Assembly: GCA_001787005.1 (NCBI GenBank)
Contig: MFUV01000010.1
Span: 73,955-137,954 of the forward strand
DNA from: Candidatus Nomurabacteria bacterium RIFCSPLOWO2_01_FULL_39_18
GTDB taxonomy: Bacteria > Patescibacteriota > Minisyncoccia > Phycocordibacterales > UBA9973
Reading direction: 5' to 3'
Length of the DNA stretch: 64,000 bases
Under the pieces are notes generated by a model. That model searched no databases. It saw only the letters and a program-made list of their open reading frames with translations, and was not told the origin of the DNA. Below are positions 29,471 to 37,431 of the stretch, piece by piece. Numbering within the stretch: position 1 is the first letter of the stretch; every line of letters begins with the position of its first letter. Both the position numbers and the translations under genes were made by a program.

Positions 29471-29517
29471 ACTCATACTCCCATAATACCTAAAAGGTGG
29501 CTTATTTGCAAAAGGAT

Positions 29518-30591
29518 TTAGTACATCGGTACTGGCTTTGGATAGATATTGGGATTATAAGGATTTGGATTTACGGTTTGCTTAAAACAATATTCATCGG
29601 CTGGATGTGTCCACGAGAAACTGTTATAGGAATACAAGCCTCTGTAAGGATCGGAAGTATTTTTGTCGTCTGAAGCTTTATTGAATTCTGCGCAAAGATT
29701 ATATTCAGTGTTACTTATCTTTTCATACTCGTATGGCTTTTCCGTTTGAGGATCCACTTGAGCAATATAATAATTTCCTTTTGCCATTTCCTCAAGAGTA
29801 TTCGGCAAGATTCCTTTATTTGTGTAATAATTTATGATTTGATTGTTTATGTTTGAAAGATCATTTACTTTCTGCTCATCATATTTATAAAGCCTCTGCG
29901 TACGAGGAGAACCCAAAACAGAGAAACCCCAAATAATTGAAGCTAGAATTAAAAGTCCTGAAATTATTCTCCAAATTTTTCTAGATTTTGATGTTAACTT
30001 GTTTCTGAGGTCAGAAATAAAGTAAATAAATATACCAGAAGCAACAACAAGCAAGACCAGAACCTTCAAAAGGAATCCCGTAGTCAATTCTTGTCCATCA
30101 ATAAAGAAGTAGATCACCGTTATTAAATCCCCGGCGATAGCAAGACCAGCAACAAACAAAGTAATGTAAGTGAATCCTCTGTGAGTAAAACTACTCTGTC
30201 TTTCCGGCTCAACCCGATATTCCCTTTCTAAAAACCACATCAGTAAAACGAAGATTGGGAAAAGTACAACCAGAATAGCGACAGGCCAACTTATAGACTG
30301 ACTGCCCCCCGAATAATTGTATCCATTTGTAATTTGCGGATAAGCTGTGTTGATAACATTAAATAATAAACTTAAAAGACTGCCCACTAATGTATATAAT
30401 GCAGTGAAGGCCCCCAAATTTAAGAAAAAATCTTTGGCGCTAGCTTTTGGTTTTATTTGATTTGGATCCATGTTGTTTATACTACGATTACGATTAATAA
30501 AAAATACGACGATGCCAACCACTATAATAATAAATATGACCGGAGAAACAAGTGAATATAAAATATATGGAAAATAATCAAAATTAAACAT
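29518..30591 (-). CDS. Multi-pass membrane protein (DUF5671-like) with pilin-like C-terminus
   Basis: KASAKDFFL, 6-7 TMs, DEQKVNDL..I..YY...LP..L, DP.T..PYEY, YNLCAEF. Confidence 0.7.
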   Translation of the reverse strand: MFNFDYFPYILYSLVSPVIFIIIVVGIVVFFINRNRSINNMDPNQIKPKASAKDFFLNLGAFTALYTLVGSLLSLLFNVINTAYPQITNGYNYSGGSQSISWPVAILVVLFPIFVLLMWFLEREYRVEPERQSSFTHRGFTYITLFVAGLAIAGDLITVIYFFIDGQELTTGFLLKVLVLLVVASGIFIYFISDLRNKLTSKSRKIWRIISGLLILASIIWGFSVLGSPRTQRLYKYDEQKVNDLSNINNQIINYYTNKGILPNTLEEMAKGNYYIAQVDPQTEKPYEYEKISNTEYNLCAEFNKASDDKNTSDPYRGLYSYNSFSWTHPADEYCFKQTVNPNPYNPNIYPKPVPMY

Positions 30592-30629
30592 ACTGATAAA
30601 TTATGTTTATGAATAAAATTACACCGTAA

Positions 30630-31520
30630 TTATATACCCCACACAGCAGTATTGGCAAGTGAAACAAGGCGATTATTCGACTTTTCCAAGACACAGAGCT
30701 CCCCGGCTTCTGTTTGACCCTTAAAATCTTTCATTATTTCAGCAAGCGCATAACTAAGTGAAAGCGCAGAAGAATCGGTAGCATAAGAAGTCAAAATCAC
30801 AAAAAGGGGCTTGTCGGTTAGAACCCTCCCGACCAAAGAAAGCAGTTTCGGCAACATTTCTTCTATCTTCCATACTTCCCCCCTGGGACCACGGCCGTAC
30901 TTGGGCGGATCCATAATCACAGCGTCATACTTATTGCCTCGTTTTATTTCTCGCTCTAGAAATTTTGTGGCGTCATCTTCTATCACCCGCATTGGCATTT
31001 TATCAAGGCTAGATAATTTTTGATTTTCTTTCGTCCAATTTAATACTTGCTTCGAGGCATCCACATGCGTCACATCTCCACCAGCCCTGAGAGCAAATAG
31101 GCTCGCCACACCGGTGTAGCCGAATAAATTAAGAAATTTTATTTTCTTGCCGGAGTTTTTTATTTTATTCTCTATGTAATCCCAGTGATTTGCCTGCTCC
31201 GGGAAAAATCCCAAATGTCTAAATGGTGTGGGAGAAACAAAAAATTTAATTCCCCTGTATTCCATCTCCCACTTCGTGTCAAGGTTCAACCTTGACATTT
31301 GCCACCCGGCTTTGGCACCAACTTTCGAGCTCCAGAATTTTCCATCAACATTTGTCCACTGTTGTTGAACACTCGGTGTTGAACATTTCGGCCAGACAGC
31401 ATCTTCATAAGGACGAATAAAAGTGTATTTCCCGAATCGCTCCAGCTTCTCTCCACCACCCGTATCTAGAAGCTCGTAGTCCACCCAATCCTTTGAACAA
31501 AAAATTTTTATCTGGTTCAT
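30630..31520 (-). CDS. Class I SAM-dependent methyltransferase (RlmI/RlmK-like)
   Basis: YELLDTG..EKLERFG, LNLFGYTG, MDPPKYG; contains two REP inserts. Confidence 0.88.
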   Translation of the reverse strand: MNQIKIFCSKDWVDYELLDTGGGEKLERFGKYTFIRPYEDAVWPKCSTPSVQQQWTNVDGKFWSSKVGAKAGWQMSRLNLDTKWEMEYRGIKFFVSPTPFRHLGFFPEQANHWDYIENKIKNSGKKIKFLNLFGYTGVASLFALRAGGDVTHVDASKQVLNWTKENQKLSSLDKMPMRVIEDDATKFLEREIKRGNKYDAVIMDPPKYGRGPRGEVWKIEEMLPKLLSLVGRVLTDKPLFVILTSYATDSSALSLSYALAEIMKDFKGQTEAGELCVLEKSNNRLVSLANTAVWGI

Positions 31521-31523
31521 TTT

Positions 31524-32351
31524 TTATATCAAAAATTCTATCACATCTCCGTCTTTTACAATGTATTCTTTGCCTTCGGTGCGAACCAAGCCTTTCGAGC
31601 GAGCAGCAACATGTGAACCACAATCTAATAAATCTTTCCAATTTACTACTTCCGCGCGGATAAATTTTTCTTTGAAATCATTGTGTATCGCTTTACCCGC
31701 TTCCGGCGTCGTAGAACCTCTGCGAGTTGTCCAGGCGCGAGTTTCATCTTCGCCAGTGGTTAAAAAGGTAATTAGGTTGAGCAAATCATAGCTTGCCTTG
31801 ATGAGACTATCGAGTCCAGTGCCAAAAACTGGATCAACTTCTATGTACGGACCAGGAATTTTATCTGCCACTTCCCGCATATTTTTCTCGCTAGCTTCCG
31901 ACATATTAAGAACATAAAGAATCGGTTTTCTAATTCCTGCTTGTTCTAGCTCAAAATTTATTACTTCAATATCAAAAAGCGGGTCAATTTTATTATGCAC
32001 ATGGATTGTATTTGCATCCTCGAAAATCCGCACCATTTCGATAATCGCATCCACTTCACGAATGTGGGAAAGGAATTTATTACCGAGCCCGGCGCCCTCG
32101 CTTGCCCCCTTGACCAATCCTGCAATGTCCACAAACTCAACTACCGCCGGAATAACTTTTTTAGATTTGCTCATCGCCGCAAGCTTCTCTAATCTCTCGT
32201 CTGGCACCGGAACAATACCCACCGACGGGTCAATGGTACAAAAAGGATAATTCTCCGCAGGTACGCCTTTCTTCGTCAGCGCATTAAAAAGCGTGGACTT
32301 ACCCACGTTCGGTAAACCGACAATCCCTATTTTCAGAGAAGAACTTGACAT
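31524..32351 (-). CDS. ychF: Redox-regulated ATPase YchF (short form)
   Basis: GIVGLPNVGKSTLFN, NYPFCTIDP, DIAGLVKGA, C-terminal TGS domain. Confidence 0.93.
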   Translation of the reverse strand: MSSSSLKIGIVGLPNVGKSTLFNALTKKGVPAENYPFCTIDPSVGIVPVPDERLEKLAAMSKSKKVIPAVVEFVDIAGLVKGASEGAGLGNKFLSHIREVDAIIEMVRIFEDANTIHVHNKIDPLFDIEVINFELEQAGIRKPILYVLNMSEASEKNMREVADKIPGPYIEVDPVFGTGLDSLIKASYDLLNLITFLTTGEDETRAWTTRRGSTTPEAGKAIHNDFKEKFIRAEVVNWKDLLDCGSHVAARSKGLVRTEGKEYIVKDGDVIEFLI

Positions 32352-33954
32352 ATATATCGCTTAGACTAAGTATACCCTCAACTTGTAATGATTTTTGACT
32401 AGCAATGGAAAACGAAAGACACTCGCTTATAACCTTCTGTCGAGCCTGAAAATCAAAGTTTTTGAGGCATTCGGCTGCAGCTGCGGTGAATTCTTTAATT
32501 TCATCCTTGCCGGGGAGTATTATGTCATTTTTAGATGTTTTTTCCAAATCAGCCTGGATTATTTGATCTTCCAACTTTCTTATCTCTTCCCTTATGGGTG
32601 CGACATACTCCTTGAACTTTTCAAGCGAAAAAGCTTCTTTAGAGAATGCGTTAGCAAGACGATCCTCTCTTACTTGCAGTTTTTCTATTTCCTTAAGAGT
32701 GCCTTCAGCACTGATAGCTGACTCTGATTTATAACCTTTATGATTTTCAATCCACCTTTCGGTGTATCTTTGCAGAAGTTCTGGTGAGCTCATTATTTCT
32801 TTCACTCTTCCCCATAATACTTTATCCGCTATTCTTGCGTTGATGCCACGCTCTCTGCAATCAGGTTCAAGTGGAAAACTATAAACGCGATCAGTGCAGC
32901 GATAATATAAATACTTTCCTCGTTGAGGACCCTCACCTGCTCTTCTTTTTCCGCAAGTACACCAAATTTTGCCAGCCAATAAATAATCATTCTTTTTATT
33001 TCGACCTAGAGTTGCAAAATTCTTTTTCAATCGCGCTCCGGCTTGTTTAAAAAGATTATTGTCAGTAATAATCACTGGAACTGTTATCTTATACCACTCA
33101 TCTTTCGGCTTCATCTTTCTGCTAGTTTTTTCTATTTTTTTATACTTTTCATTTTTAAGAGGCTTTTTGGGAACTACTGCAAATGAAGCACCCCAATGCG
33201 TTACTCCAATGTATACCTCGTGGCGCAAAAGAGTACTTAAGGTGCTTGTATTCCAAACTCCCCTTTTACTTTTTCTTGGATAGATTTTTTGTTCATGTAA
33301 TTTTCTAACAACTGCACGGAGAGTCAAACCATCATTAGCAACCCAGGAAAAAATATTTCTAACGATTTCGGCTTCACGATCGTTTATCTTATAATGTCCG
33401 GGATCGTAGTCGCCTGCGCTCTTTTTACCTTTATTGGGAATATAAGTATATCCATAAGGCGCTACGGTGGTAAGAACTTGATTGTTTTTTACACGATTTA
33501 CCTTGCCTATTCTAAAGCGTTCAGCAATTTTAGCCTTTTCATATGCAGCAAATAAACCTCTCACGCCAAATAGCAGCTTGTCTGTAGCGCTTTCTACCGG
33601 TAACATCGTCACAAATAAAATTTCTATACCTAGTTTTTTCAACTCGTTTATTACAATCTGCTGAAGAAAGAGTTCCCGGCCTAGACGGTCAGGATCATAA
33701 ATAACAACCGCATCCCAAATTTTATTTGTTGCATCGTGTCGTAATTGATCTAGTTGGGGCCTAGCAAGAATATCTCCGCTCCAGCCCTCATCTTTGTAGG
33801 TTTTAACGACAACTAACTCATTCTCTTTAATATACTTATCCACTTCAGACAACTGAGCGTCAATGGTTTTCTGATCTTCCTGATTTGAAGTGGAAACACG
33901 AGCATATACTGATACATGCTTTATTCCCATTTTTGCTATATTTTCATTTTTCAT
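32299..33954 (-). CDS. Large serine recombinase/integrase
   Basis: YARVSTSNQ, DEGWSG..RPQL, DRLGR, PYGY, LLAGKIWC.CG Zn ribbon, coiled coil. Confidence 0.95.
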   Translation of the reverse strand: MKNENIAKMGIKHVSVYARVSTSNQEDQKTIDAQLSEVDKYIKENELVVVKTYKDEGWSGDILARPQLDQLRHDATNKIWDAVVIYDPDRLGRELFLQQIVINELKKLGIEILFVTMLPVESATDKLLFGVRGLFAAYEKAKIAERFRIGKVNRVKNNQVLTTVAPYGYTYIPNKGKKSAGDYDPGHYKINDREAEIVRNIFSWVANDGLTLRAVVRKLHEQKIYPRKSKRGVWNTSTLSTLLRHEVYIGVTHWGASFAVVPKKPLKNEKYKKIEKTSRKMKPKDEWYKITVPVIITDNNLFKQAGARLKKNFATLGRNKKNDYLLAGKIWCTCGKRRAGEGPQRGKYLYYRCTDRVYSFPLEPDCRERGINARIADKVLWGRVKEIMSSPELLQRYTERWIENHKGYKSESAISAEGTLKEIEKLQVREDRLANAFSKEAFSLEKFKEYVAPIREEIRKLEDQIIQADLEKTSKNDIILPGKDEIKEFTAAAAECLKNFDFQARQKVISECLSFSIASQKSLQVEGILSLSDIYVKFFSENRDCRFTERG

Positions 33955-33961
33955 GTTTTCA

Positions 33962-34201
33962 TTATTTTAATTTATAATAATTATTTTTAATTGTTTCTTT
34001 AAAGAGAACATCGAAGATAGAGTCTAGTTTCCCATCAATATCTTCAGAATCCTCCATCCAGAAAGTGACCTGAACCCCGTCGACTACACAGGAATCAAAG
34101 GTCACCCTGGCACATACATCCAATGAATCAGAACACGACACGAAAAGAGTTTTCTCTAAGTCATTTTCCGATTCTTTAAGATAGTTGTTTGCTTTTTTCA
34201 T
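33962..34201 (-). CDS. Small acidic hypothetical protein upstream of integrase
   Basis: 79 aa, tightly spaced in the operon. Confidence 0.55.
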   Translation of the reverse strand: MKKANNYLKESENDLEKTLFVSCSDSLDVCARVTFDSCVVDGVQVTFWMEDSEDIDGKLDSIFDVLFKETIKNNYYKLK

Positions 34202-34207
34202 AACTTT

Positions 34208-34366
34208 TTAATAATCTTCAGGCCGTAAAAGCCAGTTCATGAGTATCAGATGAAGCGCGCGTGAAATTGATATATTGTCTTGCTTAGCACCAAATTCTAA
34301 TTCACTATAAATTACTTCATCGATTTCAACTTCTATCTTTATTTTACCTTCTTTTGTTTTTTCCAT
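34208..34366 (-). CDS. 52-aa probable ribbon-helix-helix DNA-binding protein (not in ORF track)
   Basis: MEKTKEGKIKIEVEIDEVIYSELEFGAKQDNISISRALHLILMNWLLRPEDY: alternating strand plus two helices. Confidence 0.6.
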   Translation of the reverse strand: MEKTKEGKIKIEVEIDEVIYSELEFGAKQDNISISRALHLILMNWLLRPEDY

Positions 34367-34409
34367 GATATTTTAAATTAAAACTAGTAATAGTTTTAAA
34401 AAACAAACG

Positions 34410-34484
34410 AAAAACCTCGCTATTACGTAGTGGAGTATTCTTTAAGTACGACCACCACGCAAAAGCGAGGCTTTAAAGAATACT
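34410..34484 (-). promoter_or_regulatory. Attenuator-like leader of the RHH-integrase operon
   Basis: Stem CCTCGCTTTTGCGTGGTGG/CCACTACGTAATAGCGAGG plus T5; loop complementary to upstream AGTATTCTTTAA. Confidence 0.6.
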
Positions 34485-34655
34485 TTCAATCCAAAGAGAT
34501 TTATCGTTATTTTTAAAACGAGGTTGGCGCAGAAGACTAGATTGTCTTACTGAAACCACATAACATAACCTTACACATAGCCAGATACCTTATACGAAAA
34601 ATATAATATTGGATCAATTATACGCCAGTCCCATAATCTGTGAAGTGTGGATAAC

Positions 34656-34700
34656 GAAAAAACGGTCCTGCCACGAAATGTAGCAGAACCGTTTTCTTTT
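34656..34700 (-). terminator. Intrinsic terminator
   Basis: AAAACGGTTCTGCTAC-ATTTC-GTGGCAGGACCGTTTTTT right after stop at 34699. Confidence 0.75.
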
Positions 34701-35250
34701 ACCGAACTGGCACCAAACTTGCAATCAAATCACTCGCATCCTGCCTAGAAAGTCCAGAATTGATTTGATTTAGGTATCGTTCTCGATCCTCTGGATCATC
34801 TAGTTCTAGAACCAGCCTATCTAGGTACTGGCGCTGCTTCTCGGTCATTTCTGGTTCTTCAAATCCTTCCATCTCTTCACTTCCATTAGCTCGAATTGAT
34901 TCCAAGATTTTTACCGCATTGTTTGTTGCAGATAAAAAACTTCCGTTGATACTGGAGGAAATGGTTCTGTCTAAGTATTTATTTAACTTCGAAAATACGG
35001 ATACGCTTCTTCCGAAAGCGATCAAGCTTCCATTTAATTTAAGAGTGCAAAGAACGCCAACCAGTCCAGGAATGTTGAGATTTTTTAACGTCTCTGTGTC
35101 TTCCTGGAAACTGACCTCAAGAGTAAATGGATTTCCACATAATCTTTTAACTTCTTCTCTAACAGGATGATTCTCACCCCTAACATCTATCACCGGCTTA
35201 ACCTTGGGTTGAAGCGGAGACAGTATTCTTTTGTTTAATGTATTATTCAT
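34699..35250 (-). CDS. Hypothetical protein
   Basis: 183 aa; C-terminal MTEKQRQYL...SRQDASDLI motif of a type seen in MGE proteins. Confidence 0.7.
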   Translation of the reverse strand: MNNTLNKRILSPLQPKVKPVIDVRGENHPVREEVKRLCGNPFTLEVSFQEDTETLKNLNIPGLVGVLCTLKLNGSLIAFGRSVSVFSKLNKYLDRTISSSINGSFLSATNNAVKILESIRANGSEEMEGFEEPEMTEKQRQYLDRLVLELDDPEDRERYLNQINSGLSRQDASDLIASLVPVR

Positions 35251-35566
35251 GTTTTTTATATTCTTGAACCTGTCTATAGTAGAACAGGTAGATACTTTTA
35301 ATGCGCTTGGTAATTTTCTTCGGATCTTTCTTGTCTTTAGTTTCTAAGACAACAAAGGAACGAATAGCTTTTTCACCCTTCTTTGGAACCATCCCAAGCT
35401 GAATCCAATTCCTAAAGGTAAGCGCGGACCTCAATGGATCATAGTTTTTTAATTCACTCTGGCCCCAGCGACGGACTATCTCTTCCTCTACAAGAGCACG
35501 AGTTTTATCTGAACCCATGTAATTAGAGACTTCCGGACCTTTTAATATTTCACCTATAGATTTCAT
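35243..35566 (-). CDS. ArdC N-terminal-like ssDNA-binding protein
   Basis: TFRNW..LG..PKKGEKAI motif. Confidence 0.65.
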   Translation of the reverse strand: MKSIGEILKGPEVSNYMGSDKTRALVEEEIVRRWGQSELKNYDPLRSALTFRNWIQLGMVPKKGEKAIRSFVVLETKDKKDPKKITKRIKSIYLFYYRQVQEYKKHE

Positions 35567-35938
35567 AATAATTTACTTAACGAGTAATTTGTTCACAAGG
35601 GACTAGCTTGTGCTTAGAAGACCTACATCGACCTTGTCTTCTTAACAAAATAATTGTTGGTATTTTATGGAGTTGAGATAAAGAGGTGCCGGGGGGTTGT
35701 TGGTTTGACTCCCTATAAGTTCGAACGCTGTGGGGTAAACGTACCCATTTATGGTTTTGGAAAAAATCGTCAATTTAGAATTAAGGGCCTTAAAAAAATT
35801 TCTAAAAATTTTACAGAAAAATGGCCTTTGATTTCGGCCGCCGAATTTGATCGATTTGCGAGTGACTTAAAAGGGTTGTATGATAGAGGTATAACTAAAT
35901 AAGAAGTAACCTAAACCAGAAATGGCATGGTGAAAAAT

Positions 35939-36040
35939 CGCAGTGAACAATAAAAAACCCGTTATCAGGGGCGTTCACTGCGTTATGTGGGGAAACCTAC
36001 ATAAGAGCTTCGGCTCTCCTTGGTATCGGGCTTTTTGTTT
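35939..36040 (+). promoter_or_regulatory. Structured leader/attenuator upstream of membrane-protein operon
   Basis: CGCAGTGAAC/GTTCACTGCG, GAAA and TTCG tetraloop hairpins, CCCG..CGGG stem plus T-tract. Confidence 0.65.
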
Positions 36041-36048
36041 GGGAAATT

Positions 36049-36333
36049 ATGAAAAATTTTAATAAAAAAGAAATAGATACAGGAGAACCTGCCAAGTGGA
36101 CCGGCTACTGGTTTGGACTGTGTTTAGTTATAGGGGTTTTGTTAACATTAATGGTTGAGAATTATAACGAAAAATTTGTAGATACTGGCTATGTATATAT
36201 TATGATTTTAATAGCTGGTGGGCCGTATATTATTTCTTTATGTTGGCCATTGATTAAAGAAAAATTATTTAGTCGTGAAGGTAAAACAGAAGAAGAGGAA
36301 ACAGAAAGCGAAATAAATTTTTATGGAAAATAA
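36049..36333 (+). CDS. Small 2-TM membrane protein
   Basis: 94 aa, two hydrophobic helices. Confidence 0.65.
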   Translation: MKNFNKKEIDTGEPAKWTGYWFGLCLVIGVLLTLMVENYNEKFVDTGYVYIMILIAGGPYIISLCWPLIKEKLFSREGKTEEEETESEINFYGK

Positions 36334-36904
36334 ACAAAAAGTAATAATAGCATTAATAGTGAGTGCCTTTTTAATTGTTATGGCTATTTCTTATGCCGGT
36401 AAAAAATCAGAGGAAAACATTACCTCACCCCCCATAGCTGTTAATTCCAATTTTAGTGAGATTAGCCAAGCAGATCAAGAAAAAATAAGAGAGATAATGC
36501 TAGGGGTGATGCAAGATACTATTCAAGTTACTCCAGCGGTAAAACAGGAATTTATCTCAATATTTAAAAAATATAATGCGACGAATGAAGAAATAGAAGA
36601 TTTTGGAATGTATGGACCTGCGTTAGCGGTAAATTATCAAAAGATGTTTTTTACTGATGCCTTACAATCTGTGCAGAGTAGTTCTTCTGTTAAAAGCCAA
36701 GAAAGAGCTGATTATGAAGTTGAATTACTTCAGAAAGGTTTGATTACTCAAGAAAGAATAGATCAAAATGATGCAGAGATGTATAAGATTGCAAACCATC
36801 AGCTTAGTAGTAATGGGCAGGTTCTGGTAATTGAAGATATTAAGCAAACTCTAAATGGTATTGATATTGTTGGTGGGCGTATTAAAAGTTTATTTAGCAG
36901 GTAA
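36323..36904 (+). CDS. Exported or membrane-anchored hypothetical protein
   Basis: 193 aa with N-terminal hydrophobic anchor. Confidence 0.7.
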   Translation: MENKQKVIIALIVSAFLIVMAISYAGKKSEENITSPPIAVNSNFSEISQADQEKIREIMLGVMQDTIQVTPAVKQEFISIFKKYNATNEEIEDFGMYGPALAVNYQKMFFTDALQSVQSSSSVKSQERADYEVELLQKGLITQERIDQNDAEMYKIANHQLSSNGQVLVIEDIKQTLNGIDIVGGRIKSLFSR

Positions 36905-36914
36905 TTAAAAATAT

Positions 36915-37232
36915 ATGGAAAATCAAAACAAGTGGAATAAAGAGCTGTTATACTCCGTGATCTTTCTCGTAGCTGCTTTTTTATGGTTTACCTTTAACCC
37001 CTTTTCGCAAATAAGAGATCTAACGAATGGTATTTACAGCGTTTTGAGCGTAATGGCGGTAGGATTTTATGTCTTTACTTTACTTTCCCTCTATTGTGGT
37101 TTAAAAGCTGCTAGGAGAGCCACAAGAGAGCACAGAAGGGATTTATTGGTGTTTTCTTCTATTGTTGTTTTGGCTTCTGCTGCTCTGGCGATTTTCATTA
37201 CTTTGTTCTTAACTGGGGCGATTAAGTATTAG
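36915..37232 (+). CDS. Small 3-TM membrane protein
   Basis: 105 aa, three hydrophobic helices. Confidence 0.65.
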   Translation: MENQNKWNKELLYSVIFLVAAFLWFTFNPFSQIRDLTNGIYSVLSVMAVGFYVFTLLSLYCGLKAARRATREHRRDLLVFSSIVVLASAALAIFITLFLTGAIKY

Positions 37233-37260
37233 TGGAGAGCTAATCAATAGCAGACATAAA

Positions 37261-37312
37261 TTACCGAATATTCGGTAAAATTGGCACCAAATATGCCGAA
37301 TATTCGGTAAAA
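37261..37312. repeat. Tandem palindromic sites CCGAATATTCGG
   Basis: TTACCGAATATTCGGTAA (37261-78) and a second copy at 37296, 32-bp period. Confidence 0.75.
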
Positions 37313-37431
37313 CTAACTGGACGTGCATCCAGAGTTTTGGCGTTGGAGTTATCCACGTTGACAGGGATACGTGGGACTGTGAAATAATGAACTTATTATG
37401 ATATGGAAAAAAGTTATTTTTTCAAAGAACT

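Noticed and set aside
35654-35902. 82-aa ORF in the island divergent region
   Set aside because: TTG start in an AT-rich probable promoter region; no recognisable features
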